Assembly: GCF_009914755.1 (NCBI RefSeq)
Contig: NC_060927.1
Length of the DNA: 64,000 nt
Reading direction: 5' to 3' (one strand)
Origin: the human T2T-CHM13v2.0 reference genome, Homo sapiens
The notes beneath the pieces are model-generated. The model was not told where the DNA came from. It did not search any database and saw nothing but the letters and a program-made list of their open reading frames with translations. The stretch's first letter is position 1. Every line of letters starts with the position of its first letter. Below, in pieces: positions 1 through 15,526 of this stretch. A program made the translations under genes and the position numbers.

Positions 1-298
1 TCTTGATAGCGGTAACCTTGGATCTTAAATTCTTAGAGAACATTAAGGATAGGAATGGCAGTGGGTTTCATCCTGTCTCTCAATTGAGGGATTGGTGGAA
101 ACGTGGTGTTGGGAACATATCTGAAGCTGTCTCTGAATTTAGTGAGAAGAATGATCACTTAGCAATGCCCGCCTTGAATATAGGAGGAGTAGGAGTATCT
201 CCTGTGTCACATGTATGTCATTCCTCATCTATTCCTGAGGTTTAATTTTTAGTAGAGGAATATGGAGTAGGTCCATAGATATTAAAATGACACTCTCA

Positions 299-604
299 GG
301 CCATGCAGTGACTCACACCTGTAATCCCAGCACTTTGGGAGGCCGAGGCAGCCAGATCCCTTGAGCCCAGGAGTTCAAGACCAGCCTGGACAAATAGCGA
401 GACCTTGTCTCTACTAGAAACACAATACAAAAAATTAGCCAGGCATAGTGGCACACTCTTGTAGTCCCTGCTACTCAGGAGGTTGAGGTGGGAGAATCAC
501 CTGATCCCAGGGAGTCGAGGCTGCAGTGAGCCATGAACGCACTGAGGCACTCCAGCCTGGGCAACAGGAGTGAAACCCTGTCCCTCCCCTGCCCCCCAAA
601 AAAA
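299..604 (+). mobile_element. Alu SINE, full length, old (AluJ-like)
   Basis: GGCC...CACCTGTAATCCCAGCACTTTGGGAGGCCGAGG, two arms, J-type 'cttgagcccaggagttc' and 'gaggctgcagtgagccatga'; TSD gacactctca at 289-298 and 605-614. Confidence 0.95.
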
Positions 605-1060
605 GACACTCTCAAATTTCTGTAACTACTCTGGCAGTTGAGGTATGAATCTAGCTATATCACCTGATTCCTGGTGCAGTTCTCATCTCACCACACCAAA
701 CTGCTTATTTCACAGCTTCTTGCACAGCGTGCCTACAAGGTCTAGGGCCCAGCACTTCAGCATCAGGGTTTAAACATAAACATACACATACATACATTCA
801 GGCTTTCATTGTGGTTTTGTTAGTAAGGCCTTTCCCTCACAACATCTGAAACAAAATTCTAAAAAAACAGTTTCCTAAAAAAGCAACCCTATGGAACTAG
901 GCCATGCCAGGAAATGAGTTAGCCCAGGAACCCTACTGCAAAAACATCAGTCAGAGAGGACCTCACACCTCTCCAGACTGAGATGGTGGGCTCACATAGC
1001 AGAGCATTATCATCAGACATTACTGCATGTCCTCTAAATGTGATGATTAATACTTTAAAG

Positions 1061-1335
1061 CAGCATTTCCTGAAGCATGTTTCATGAACACTAGCTCTAC
1101 AGGCAGCTCCAGAAAGTAAACTGTTCTGCAGTCAAATAAGGTTTGAGAACCCTTCCCACTGTACCCTTCCCTTAGGAACTCATCATGCAGAACAATGTTA
1201 AAGAGTCTTAAAGAGTTCTGCAGCAAATAAATGTGTTAGGTTTTCTAATATTTTCCAAACTTGTTTAGCCCTCTCTTTCTCTGTCATGAAATACATATAT
1301 TAATATCCAACCAAAGACATTTTAAGAAGTTTGCA
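1061..1335. mobile_element. hAT-Charlie DNA transposon fossil (Charlie4z-like)
   Basis: cagcatttcc...gaacactag...gtcaaataaggtttgagaac...gttctgcagcaaataaa...tttccaaacttgttt resembles recalled Charlie4 consensus. Confidence 0.6.
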
Positions 1336-2032
1336 TTGAAGTGTTAAGAAAATATACATCTCTATTACATGTTTTAGAGGCATTTTCTCTGAGAACAAAG
1401 AAGTTAAAATACAAGTGGGGCAAGTTGACTTCATACTCCATGCTTGGCAAAGTGCCAACAACATACTGTTTGTTCAGTATTTTTTATTATATTAAATTAA
1501 TAAACAAATGAGACACCTATGAATGCATTTGGTATTTTGCCCAATTTCCATAGACCCTGCCTCTATTTTTCCCTGATGTCTCTCTTGATCAACTTCTCTC
1601 CCCTACCTCCTCCTAAAATGTTAAGCTTCTATCTGAAGCCAAATCCAAGTTACTACAAATTCTTATCATCATGAAACTAGCTCAGAAATTAGAGTGGCAG
1701 AGATAGCTGGGTTTCTTCACAGCCTGGGGCAGATTTCAATATGTGCCACAGGTCCCCCTGCCTTCTCTCCACAGTTAAGTAGGGCCACACAGCTTTGTTC
1801 AGGCATGAGTCTCAGGCCCTGCCCAGTGACAAATCCAGGGTAGTGCCCATGTGGCAGTAATTAACTTAATACCTGGACTTGTTTTCCACGGTGGCCCAAT
1901 GACTGGCATCCACTCCTTCTGCCCTATTTTCATATATATCACTTTTTGTTTTACTAGTTTCTAAAAGACTTCCTCTTGAAACCAAAGAGTTTGCAACATT
2001 CTACTACAGTTAATGTAAAAGTTGAAGCTACT

Positions 2033-2326
2033 GTCTGGGCGTGGTGGCTCACGCCTGTAATCCCAGCACTTTGGGAGGCTGAGGTGGGCAGATCACCAGG
2101 TCAAGAGATTGAGACCATGCTGGCCAGCATGGTGAAACCTCGTCTCTACTAAAAATACAAAAATTAACTGGGCATGGTGGCGCATGCCTGTAGTCCCAGC
2201 TACTCGGGAGGCTGAGGCAGGGGAATCACTTGAAGCCGGGAGGCGGAGGTTGAGCGGAGATCACACCACTGCACTCCAGACTGGCTACAGAGCAAGACTG
2301 TCTCAAAAAAAAAAAAAAAAAAAAAA
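2033..2326 (+). mobile_element. Alu SINE, full length (AluSc-like)
   Basis: Both arms; 'ggtcaagagattgagaccat' Sc-type; pure poly(A) 2305-2326; TSD aaaagttgaagctact / aaaagttgaagatgct. Confidence 0.95.
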
Positions 2327-2807
2327 GTTGAAGATGCTTACACAAGGGTTGAGAGAAAGCATGGTGGGGTGGACACCCAGAGTTTAGGGATCACATTGTT
2401 TTACTTGAACCATGGCTGTCTGGGCCTTGTCTCTACCTTGCAATAGGCTGAGTACTAGAATGTTCTAGACTATCACAGATGATATCAACTCCTTTTCTAC
2501 TCTAGAAGATTCAAGCTACTCCACACACCACAAAGCTCTCCAATTGCAGACTTTTTCTCCTATTTCTGTTCCTGATAAATAAACAGGATTGGTAATCAGA
2601 AAATTAATCTCAACAGATCTTCAATTCACTACCAACCACTTGGGTTGAATGAATCATTATGGAAATTACCCTAAGACTGTCACAAGATAATTTCTTTATT
2701 AGAAGAGCTAAAAATCCTTCTCTTCCTTTTTCTCCTTTCCATTCTAAAATTTCTGCTTCCCCTGTCTTTAAGTACATTCAGTGCCTCTTTTTATGAAGTA
2801 TTGTGTC

Positions 2808-3035
<228 letters not shown>

Positions 3036-4535
3036 AGTGTCGTGTCTCTTTTAGAGCCACCTCCCACTAATACTCTGGCATCACTCCTACTCACTTGTCA
3101 TTAATTATGTTGATACAATGAAGGGATGACATTGCTGGATCCTTCATAAGGTGAAAGAACTATTAGTGAGTGGGGTCAAATCTTAAGTGGTGAAATTTCC
3201 CATCACACTATCATCACTGTCAGCATCATTAAAATGATCAAGTGATCGATGTTTATTGCATGCCTACATTTTACAAGCACAGGGCTGGGCACTCTCAGGA
3301 CCTTAAAGAAGTAGCAAGTCAACAATAGATAGAGGACTTCAAGCGTTTATCATGAGCTCTGTGCTAAGTCCCCAATGTTCATTCTCTTTTTGAAGCTACA
3401 TAATAGCCCTTCTGTGCTGGCCCCTTGCTCAACAGGTTAGAGGGCTCAGGAAATGTAACCCAAGGTATATTGTTTTCTTGTGACAACATCAATGATTTCA
3501 GTGCTTAAACTTAGCCTCCTAGAGGACTTTAAAAAAAAAATAGCAACCAAAACCTTCTTTTAAAATGTCTTATTTATTCATCTAAAGTAAATTCTTCCAA
3601 AATGATTCCAATTAGCAATTTTTACTGATTTCCGTGCATTTACTTATTTACTCAAGGAAGACTGAATGAGTGCATATGATTTTTTCAGCACTGGGCCCTA
3701 GGGATTCAGCATTAAGCTAGATACATCTCCATCCATCCTAATGCATAGAGTCCAGTTTATAATAGATGTGTTACTCAAGGTACCATTCATTCTGCTGAAA
3801 TCCTTGAGTGCACAGGATAGATATTCTGTGTGGCAGTGTTTATTGGCCACACTCTGTGGTGCCTTGTGGTGGAGACATTCCTGCCCCAGCTCAAAGAAAG
3901 ACAGAAAATAAATTATCGTAAGTAGCATCTTTAGATATACAGCACATGTGACAAATCCAAGTGGCTCTTCATTGTGATAGTAAGAGCAGTTCTGCAATCC
4001 CATTATACACATCTTATCTGATCTGGCAGTTGTGCTGGGAGCTGAGCTGAATGTTTTTTGTATTTGTACAGCAAGACATCAGGCTTTCAAGAATTAACCA
4101 GTGGGCGACCAAAGGAAGCAAATTTTGGCTCCATAAAGGAAGACCTTTCATATAATCAGAAATACCCAAAGACACCACTTAATGGGCATGAAGAAGAAAT
4201 TTAAGCAACAGATGGGGAAGGGAGGGGGAATGAACTCATTTTTAAGGTTTCTTCCAACCCTGAAATTCTAATTCTATACCTGATTTTAAATATGGGGTTT
4301 TTGGTTTTGTGGGTTTTTTGTTTGTTCGTTTTTGTTTGTTTGTTTTTTTCTGGCTTTGATAGCCAGAGACTGGATAGTTTTTAATTACCTAGGGGATATG
4401 TTTAGTGGTTATGGATTATCCATGGTTCACTTGCAATTCCTTGATTTTGCTTAATCAAATGTGAGATCATTTTTCTTGATTCAATGCAAATGCACAAACA
4501 CAAACAAAACATAATATGTACATATTCATCATGTC

Positions 4536-4763
4536 TTTTTCTTTTTCTTTTTTTTTTTTTTTCTTAAGATGGAGTTTTGCTCTCGTCGCCCAGGCTAGAG
4601 TGCAGTGGTGCAATCTCAGGTCACTTCAAACTCCTTCCTGCAGGGTCAAGCGATTCTCCCGCCTCAGCCTCCCAAGAAGTTGGGATTACAGATGCCTGCC
4701 ACCACACAGGGGTAATTTTTGTATTTTTAGTAGAGACAGGGTTTCGCCATGTTGGCCAGGCTG
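4536..4763 (-). mobile_element. Alu SINE (AluS), 5'-truncated
   Basis: Poly(T), then gatggagttttgctctcgtcgcccaggct... ending at ttggccaggctg. Confidence 0.92.
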
Positions 4764-5255
4764 CTTTTTATTTTCTATACTTTTATACTTCGAAGTCATG
4801 GAAACTTGCTGACCCTGGAGGGATCAGTCCTCTCAAGGCTAGCTAATTCCTGGAGACAGTAAAAGCTCACCTGCAGAGCCAAACAAACCAGTCCAGAGCC
4901 CCTGCCTTTAACCATCTTTTTTTATTCACTTTTTACACTCTGGGCCATTCCCCTGCCCTAATCACCAGGTACAGCTAGAGACAGTTCTTCTGCCTCAGAG
5001 GCTACTGAAGTTAAACTGTCAATCCTACACCTGCCTACCCTGCCTTGTCACTTCTTGCTCACAGAGAAAAGGCTCTCGTGTACATTTTCCCCTCTGTCCT
5101 TCTGCCTCCTGACCCATGCTGCTGCTTCCCCCTGTGGCTGTGCTTCCTGTTTCTAAGGAACTGTGAGTATAAACATCTTCTTTCAGGACAGTCATTTCTG
5201 TGTCTGCATGTCTTACCATACCTGATTAAAACAAATCCTGGGTAACCTTAAAACA
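4764..5255. mobile_element. ERV1-class LTR (MER39-like), possibly interrupted at its left end by the Alu
   Basis: cttgctgaccctggaggg...gctagctaattcctggagacagtaaa...; ends tcttaccatacctgattaaaacaaatcctgggtaaccttaaaaca. Confidence 0.6.
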
Positions 5256-5374
5256 ATGTGACTATAGGAAAGTAGACAGTTTGGTAGAGAAGAAACAACT
5301 AACATGGAAATTTAAGGATTATTTTGTGGATTTAAATGGCTTTTCCTTGGCCACCATGGCCAGTAAAGGAAAGA

Positions 5375-5530
5375 AGATGACATTTCTTGAACATCTACTA
5401 CATGCTATTGTACTTACATGCCACAAGCATCACAAGGTAGATACAATCAATATCTTTACTTTATAGGTGAGGAACCTGACACTTGAGGAAGTTTAGTAAC
5501 TTGTCTAAGTTCACACATTTTGCTCCTGGC
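5375..5530 (-). mobile_element. MIR SINE
   Basis: Reverse MIR core: tttataggtgaggaacctgac...agtaacttgtctaagttcacaca. Confidence 0.7.
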
Positions 5531-5989
5531 AATGCTGAAAACAAAGCCAGTTTTTCTGTTCCAGGTTTTTATTTGTTGTATTTTGTTTGCTCCCCCAACC
5601 CCATCATATCCCAGTTACCTCTCTCTGTACCATATATGAATGTCAAAGCGACTTGCCCTAATTCTTTTTCAAGAATAGTAAGCACAGAATGGGAAGAGAT
5701 ACCTCTTATCTTTTACCCACAGAACCAATTGGCTTCTTGAGACAAAACATTCACTAGACCTCATGGATGAAAGAAAGAAGTTTATAAAGGTAATATGGGA
5801 ATGGGATATGGGATATAAGGCACTAAGGCTCAAACTGTCACTGTGCCTTCAGATGGAGCTGGCCTGTGACTGGTACAGCTGGGTATTTCTTGGTCTTGTC
5901 TCAGGCAGGAACTCCTCATCTATGCATAAGGAAATGTCTGTGTTCAGCTGTCCATATTGGCATGATCAAAGGCTTAATTCTCTAGACTG

Positions 5990-6890
5990 GCTCCCTAGGT
6001 CATCTTATACACTGTCATAGTTTTAAATAAAATATATGAATGGATATCTCAGGCCCAGATGTCTCCCCTGAACATCTTTTGAGGCAGCTCAAACTTTACA
6101 TGCCTATAGTGTTCCTGATAACTACCTCCCTCCCATGCCGTTCTTCTAGATGCTCAAGCGAAAACCTTAGGGTCATACCAAATGCATCCCTTCCTCACAT
6201 TTCCATATCCAACCCACCACCAAATCCTGTTGTCTTACCTTTAAAATAGATACCGGATCTCACGGCTTCTCACCTTCCCCACTGTTGCCACTTCATGCCA
6301 AGTCACTATTCTCTCTTCTCTTGGATTATTAGGATACTGTCTTAGCTAGTACCCCTTCACCTCCCCTGTCCTCTTTAAACTAGTCTCAATGCAGAAGCTA
6401 GAGTAATCGTGTTAAAACTCAAGTTAGATGATACAATTCCTCTGCTTAAAACCTTCCGACAACTCCCCATTTCACTCAAACTTTTCTTTGTAATCTTTAA
6501 AGTCTGACTCCCTGCCCACAAACACTCCTTTATTACCATTCTGATCTCATATAATACCACTCTACCCTTCACTCTGGCCTCTCTGCTGTTCCTTTGAACA
6601 TCCTAGGCATACTCTTGTGTCAGGGCCTTTGCCTTTGCTGTCAACTCTGCCAGAATGCTCTTCCTCTAAATATCCACATGGCTCTTTCTCTTATTTCCTT
6701 CAGATCCGTACTTAAATGTCTTCTCATTGAAGCTTTATCTTGCACCCTATCTGTAACATTAATATCTCCCTCTAACATTTCCTATTTCCATTTGCTGCTT
6801 TAATTTTTCTCCTTAGCACTTATTACTGTCTAACATAATGTAAATTCTACTGTATTTCTGGTTCACTGTTTGTTTATCCCGGCATAATGT
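5990..6890 (+). mobile_element. L2 LINE 3' fragment
   Basis: cctctgcttaaaaccttcc; cagggcctttgcctttgctg...ctctgccagaatgctcttcc...tccacatggctc...aaatgtc. Confidence 0.85.
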
Positions 6891-6904
6891 AAAGTAAATG
6901 ACAA

Positions 6905-7040
6905 CAGTATTTAAAATATTAACAACTGATTCAGTAAAGGCATCATCCAAGCAGAGCAAATGCAGGGTTAGTCAGAATGGATGATTGTTGTAAACAACCA
7001 AGATAGGTATACCAGTGTGAACTGACGACATATCAGGCCC
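6905..7040. mobile_element. hAT-Tip100 DNA transposon end (Arthur1-like)
   Basis: aaaatattaacaac...tcagaatggatg...gtaaacaacc...gtataccagtgtgaactg...atatcaggccc. Confidence 0.45.
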
Positions 7041-7429
7041 ACATTTATACCTAATGAGATAAAGCTAGACAGTCTGAGAATGTGCTGGGAAAGGACTCTC
7101 AAATAGAAGGGCCAATCTGTTAAGGGAATTCTCATAACAGTCTAGAATTAAAAATAATAAGCCATCTCAGAAAAACCTACTGATGGAATGGAATAGGGTG
7201 GGGTGAGGGTTGGGGGCAAGGTATTTCAAAGTTCTCATATGAGGTAAAAGGCAAAAGTCAGGGAAATAAGTTTTCTGAAAAATCTTACGTTACTGAAACA
7301 GGGAACACATAAAGCACCTTGACACAGCAAAGAGTTGGTACTTTAATTATAATTATAATACTAGAGAAAGATTTGCCTGACTATGAAAGCAGGAAAGAGG
7401 TTTGGCGGGCAACTTTGCCAAAACAGTTG

Positions 7430-7739
7430 AGGCTCTTCTCTCATTCTTCTTACTAGTGAGCCAGCCTCCTACTGCAGAGGCTGAAAATGCCAGATGCTCA
7501 CTATCTTGGCCTCCCCTGTAGCCACAGCCTGCTCATGTAACCCCATTCCCATCCTGGCCAATGGAATTGGAGAAGATAATTATTGGAAACATATGAGTTC
7601 TTCCCCCATAAAAAGATATGTGCAGGAATGAACATCTTTGCCCCCTATCCCTTCTTTTTCACATTGTCTTTGTCATGTGAGGATGTGATGTTTGAAGTTG
7701 AAGCTCCCATCTTGCCACCCATCTTGCAACTGTGAGGGG
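7430..7739 (+). mobile_element. Old ERVL/MaLR LTR fragment (LTR33/LTR16-like)
   Basis: gctgaaaatgccagatgctcac...ctggccaatgg...gatgtgatgtttgaag...gctcccatcttg. Confidence 0.5.
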
Positions 7740-8260
7740 TGTGATGGTTAATTTTATGTGTCAAGTTGACTGGGCTACAAAGTGCCCAGATATTTGGTTA
7801 AATATTATCCTGAATGTGTCCGTGAAGGTATTTCTGGATGAGACTAACATTTGAATCTGTAGACTAAGTAAAGCCAATTGCCTTCTCCAATGGGGTCAGG
7901 CCTTATCCAACTCACTGAAGGCCTGAATACAACAATAAGGCTGGATAAGGGAAAATTTACTCTCTCTGCCTGTCTTCAATCTGGGACACCGGTCTTCTCC
8001 TGGCTTTGGACTAAGACTTGGACTGGAATTTATACCGTGGGCTCTCCTTTTTCTAAGGCCTTTAGACTGGGATTGGAAGTATACCATCAGCTGTCCTGGG
8101 TCTCCAACTGCCAACTGCAGATCTTAGGACTTCTCAGCTTCCATAGTTGCACGGGCCAATTCTTAATAGTAAGTCTTTTTGTGCATGTATGTGTATTCAT
8201 ATACATACATATATATGTATATATAATTGCATGTATACATATATGTAAACACCCTCATTG
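7740..8260 (+). mobile_element. MLT2 (ERVL) LTR, 3' end missing
   Basis: Starts tgtgatggttaattttatgtgtcaagttgactgggct; internal TA/CA tract at ~8180-8250; terminal ctaataca not present. Confidence 0.88.
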
Positions 8261-10057
<1,797 letters not shown>

Positions 10058-11824
10058 TTACTTTTTAGTGAAACTTTTTGTGTCAGTTGTAGATTCACAT
10101 TCAATTGTAAGAAATAATAAAGAGACCCCCTTGTACCCTTTATTCAGTTTTCCCCGATGGTAACATCCTACAAAGCTATAGCATAATATCATACCAAGAT
10201 AGTGACACTGATACAGAATATTTCCATCCCCACAAGGATCTCTCATGTTGCCCTTCTATAGTGACAACCACTTCTCTCTATGCCTTCACCTACTTCTAAA
10301 CTGCTGGCATCCATTAATGTGTTCTCTATTTCTATCATTTTGTCAATTCAAGAATGTTATTTAAATTGACTCATACAGTATGTAAGCTCTTCAGATTAGC
10401 TTTTATTACTCAACATAATTCTCTGAAGATTCATCCAGGTTGTTGTGTGTATCAGTAATTTGTTCCTCTTTACTGCTGAGTACAATTCCATGATATAGAT
10501 GTACCACAGTTTGTTTAAACACTCACTTGTTGAAGAACATCTGTTTCCAGTTCTGGGCTACTGCAGATGGGGGGTGTTATAAACATTTGTCTACAGATTT
10601 TCTTGTGATCACAAATCTTAATTTCTTTGGGATAAACGCCCAAGTGTGCAATTTTTGAGTCGTATGGTAGTTGCATGTTAATTTTTAAAGAAACTGACAA
10701 GCTGTTTTGAAGAATGGCTATACCAATTTACATTCCCATTAGCAAAGCATGAGTGATTCAGTTTCTCCAAATCTCCAACAGCATTTGCTGTATCACTATT
10801 TATTATTTCAGCCATTCTAACAGGTATGTAATAGTATCTCGTTGTTGTTTTAATTTTAATTTTCATAATAGCCTAATGATGTCAAACACCTTTTCATGTA
10901 CTTACTTGCTGTCTTATGTCCTCTTTGATGAAACGTCTCTTCATGTCTTTTGCACATTGGATTGCTTGTTTATTGTTGAGTTTTGAGATTTTTAAATATA
11001 TTCAAGACACTAGTACTGTTACATATGTGGTCTGTAAATATATTCTGATAGGCTGTAGTTTGTCTTTTCCTCCTTGTAAAAGGGTCTTTTGCAGACCAAA
11101 GCTTTAAATTTTGAGAAATTTTAATTTATCAATTTTTGCCTTTGTGGATTATGCTGCACGTGTCAAGTCTAAGAACTTTTTGCCTAACCCTAAAGCCCCA
11201 AAATTTCCTCCTATTTTTTTCTGAAAGTTTTATAGTTTAATGCTTTACATTTAAGTCTGTGATTCATTTTGGGTTATTTTTCCTAATAATGTATGGGACT
11301 TAAATCAAGGTTTTTCTTTGTCTATAAATGTCCAACTGCTTCAGTACCAGTTTTGGATTGCTTTTGTACCTTTGTCAAAAATCAATTTGGTGTAATTCTG
11401 TGGGTATATTTCTGGTTTCTCTGTTGTTCTGTTACATTGGTCTATGGGTATACCCTTCTGCCAGTTCCACACAGTCTTGATTACTGTTGCTATATGGTAA
11501 TTCTTGAGACAGAGCAAACTAATTCTTTCCACTTTAGTCTTCTTTTACAAAGTTGTTTTGGCTATTCTACTTCTTTTGTTATTTAGAACAACCTTGTCTA
11601 TATCTAAAAAATATCTTGCTGGTATTTTTATAGAAATTATGTTAAACCTGTTTATAAATTTGGTGAGAACTGACATCTTTATTATTTTCAGTCTTTTAAT
11701 CCACGAACATGGCATGTGTCTCTATTTACTTAGATCTTCCATTTCTTTCATTCACATTATGTAGTTTTCAGCTTCAAGTTCTGTATATGTTTTCTTAGAT
11801 TTATGCCTTAGTGTTTCAGGTTTT

Positions 11825-13150
11825 AAAAAATTTATCATCAACAGATAATAAGTGTACATATTTATGGGGTACAACGTGATGTTTAGATTCACATATATAG
11901 TGTGATAATCAAACCATGGTAATTAGCATGCCCACCATCTTAAACATTTATCATTTCCCTGTAATTAGAACATTAAAATCGCTCTCTCTTAGGTATTTTG
12001 AAATATGCAATACATTGTTGTCAACTCTAGTCATTCTACCGTACAATAAAACAGCAGAACTTATTTATTCTATCTGTAACTTTGTACTTGCTGAACAATC
12101 TCTCTCCAAGGCCTTCTCTCCCCTCTTCTCCCCATCCTCTGGTAGCTACAATTCTACTCTCTACCTCCATGAGAACAACTTATTAGATTTCACATATGAG
12201 TGAGATAAGGTGGTATCTGTCTTTCTGTGCCAGACTTATTTCACATAACATAGTGTCTTCCAGTTCCATCCATGTTGTCACAAATGACAGAAATTCATTC
12301 TTTTTATGGCTTAATAGTATTCCATTGTGTATATATAGCATATTTTCTTTATCCATTCATCTGTTGATGGACATTTAGGTTTATTCCATATCTTGGCTAC
12401 TGTGAATAGTATGGCAATAGAGATAGGAGTGCAGATATCTCTTTGATATACTGATTTTATTCCCTTTGGTTATATGCCCAGCAATAGGATTGTGGGGTTA
12501 TATTGTAGTTCTATTTTTAATTTTTAAGAAACCTCTAAACTATTTCCCATAATGGCTGTATTAACTTACATTCTCACCAGCAGTGTATAAGGGTTTCCTT
12601 TCCTCCACATCCTCACAAACACTCATTTTCTCTTGATTTTTTGGTAGTAGCCATTCTAACAGGAATGAGTAGATAACTTATTTTAGTTTTGATTTGCATT
12701 TCCCTGATGATTAGTGATGTAGAATATTTTTTCATATATCTGTTGGCCATTTGTATGTTTTCTCTTGAGAAATGTCTATTTAGGTCTTTTGCCTCTGTTT
12801 TAAAATCATGTTTTTTTTTTTTCTCTTGTTGTTGAGTTGTTTGAGTTCTTTATACATTTTGGATCTAAACCCCTTATCAGATGTATAGTTTGCAACTATT
12901 TTCTCCCATTCTATGGATTGTCTCTTTGTTCTGTTGATTGATTATTTTGCTGTGCAGAAGCTTTTTAGTTTGATATAATCCATTTGTCTATCTTTGCTTT
13001 TGTTGTCTGTGCTTTTGAGGTTTTATTCAAAAATTCTTTCCTATACTGATGCAATGGAGTTTTTCCTTGATTTCCTCTAGTAGCTTTGTAGTTTCAGGTC
13101 TTACATTTAAGTCTTTAGTCCATTTTGAGTTGATTTTTGTATATGATAAG
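11825..13150 (-). mobile_element. L1MA-family 3' fragment nested in the older L1
   Basis: tgtacatatttatggggtacaacgtgatgttt 3' end, followed by a second copy of the L1 3' region. Confidence 0.85.
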
Positions 13151-13230
13151 AACTTTTTTTGTTTGTTTTTTGTTTTTTAGCAACTGTAAGTGTTGGTTTT
13201 CACTTTAGTATTTTAAAATTTGGTTTCCAC

Positions 13231-13360
13231 TTAAAAAAAAAATTTGAGACAGGGTCTCACTACGTTTCCCAGACTGATCTCAAACTCCTGTGCTCAAGTG
13301 ATTCTCCTGCCTTAGCCTGCCAAGTAGCTGGGATTGCAGGCATGTACCACATGCCCAGCT
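13231..13360 (-). mobile_element. Free left Alu monomer (FLAM)
   Basis: gagacagggtctcactacgttt...ctcaaactcctgtgctcaagtgattctcctgcc...atgcccagct; flanks ggtttccac / ggtttctac. Confidence 0.85.
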
Positions 13361-15526
13361 GGTTTCTACATGTTAATCGTTGGTGTATAGAAATGCAACT
13401 GACTTTGCTGAAACTCACTTACTCATTCTAGAATTTTTTTGGTAGATTCTTTGGAATTTTCTATATAGACATTCATTTCATATGTAAATAGGAACAGTTT
13501 TATTTCTTACTTTCCTATTTTTATGCTTATTTTCTTTTCTTACACTATTGTTCTGGCTAGATACTCTAGCACAATATTGAAAAAGAGTAGTGACAGCAGA
13601 TACCCTGCTTTGTTGCCTATTTTGGAGGAAAGCACTCAGTTTTTTACCATTAAGTATAATATTAGTTGTAAGATCTCTGTAGATGCTCTTTATCAAGCTG
13701 AGGAAGTTCTCCTCTATCCTGATTTTTCTGGGAGTTTTTGTCATAGATGGATATTAAATTTTCTCAAATGCTTTTTTGGCATCAATATGATCATGTGATT
13801 TTCTTTTGTAGCCTGTTAATATTAATGTAATATTAACAGGATTACTATATTATGGTACTATATGGATTACTACTATATATGGTACTATATGAATTACTAT
13901 ATTATGGCAATGTAATAGATTGATTGGTTTTCAAATTTTAAACCAATCTTTGGTTTTTAAATTTTAAACTAGTCCTATATCCCTGGAATAAACCCCACTT
14001 AGTCATAGTGTATAATTCTTTTTATATAATGCTGAATTCTATTTGCTAATGGTAAGAATTTTTGCATCTATATCGTGAGGAATACTAGTCTTTTTTTTAA
14101 TAATTTTTTTGTCTGGTTTTGATATCAGGATTATAAAAGCTTTATAAAATAAATTTAGAAGTGTTCCTTTCTTTTATTTTCTAGAAGAGATTGTGTAAAT
14201 TGGGATTAATTCTTCTTGAAACATTGGGTAGAATTCTCCAGTGAAACCATCTGGGATGGGAGATCTCCTTTTAAATAACAAATTAAATTTCCTTAATTGT
14301 TATAGGACTAGTCAAATTATCTACTTCATTTTGGGTTAATTTTTGCAGTTTGTGTTTTTCATAAAGTGACATTGTCAAATGCCAAATGTCAAATTTTGAT
14401 AAATCTGACATTTTGTCTAAATTGTCAAATTTATGTGTGCAAAATTGTTTGTATTATTATCTTATTATCCTTTTGATGTCTGCAGGATGTGTGGCAATAT
14501 CCTTGGTTTCATTCCTAATTTTGATAACTTGTGTCTTCTCTCTTTTTTTATTTCCCAGTTGTTACAGGATTTGCCAATTTTATTGATTTTTTCAAACAAA
14601 CAATTCTTTGCCTCACTGACTTTCTCTGTTGTTTTTCTATTTTTAATTTTGTTTATTTTTGCTCTTATCTTCATTATTTCCTTCTTTCTTCTTGCTTTTG
14701 ATTTACTTTGATGTTATTTTTCTAGGTTATTGATTTGAGGTTTTTCCTCTTTTCTAATATGTGCATTCATGTATTAGAAGCGCACTCAGCACTTCTTTAA
14801 CTGCATGCCACAGATTTTGATGTTGTATTTTCATTTTCATTCACTTCAATGTATTTTTACATTTCCCTTGAGACTGTTTTTGGATCAGGATAATACAAGC
14901 TTCACCCATGGATTATGCAGAAGTCTGTTGCTTGTTTTTCAAGTGAAGATTTTTCCTGTTACGTTTCTGCTCTTGATTTCTAGTTCAATTCTATTATGGC
15001 TACAGAATCCATCCAATATTATTTCAATTATTTTAAATTTGTAGATGTTTGCCTTGAGGCCCAAGATATAGTCTATCTTAATATTATGTCCTGTGGGCAT
15101 TTGCAAATAATGTACATGTTTCTGGTTTGGAGTGAAGTGCTCCATAACTTAATAAGATTTTGTTTCTTGATAATGTTTTTGAGTTCTATATTCTTGCTGA
15201 TTTTCTGTCTAGTTGTTTTATCAATTGCTGAGAGAGGGGTGTACTGAAGTCTCCAGTTTTGATTGTGAATTTGTGTATTACTTCTTTCAATTCTTTCTGA
15301 TTTTGTTTATTGTAATTTGAAACTGTTGTTTCATGTATACACATTTAAGATTGTTATGTCTTCTTAATGGATTCATACTTTTATTATTATATAAGATTTC
15401 TCTCTTTTTTGGCAATTTTCTTTACTCTGAAGTTTAATGTATTTGATATTAATTTAGGCACGTCTGCTTTCATTAGATTAATATTTGCATGATATATCCT
15501 TTTTCATCCTTTTACTTTTAACCTAC

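Noticed and set aside
3-245. 80-aa ORF at the window start
   Set aside because: Non-ATG start, no splice signals or protein similarity I can recognise
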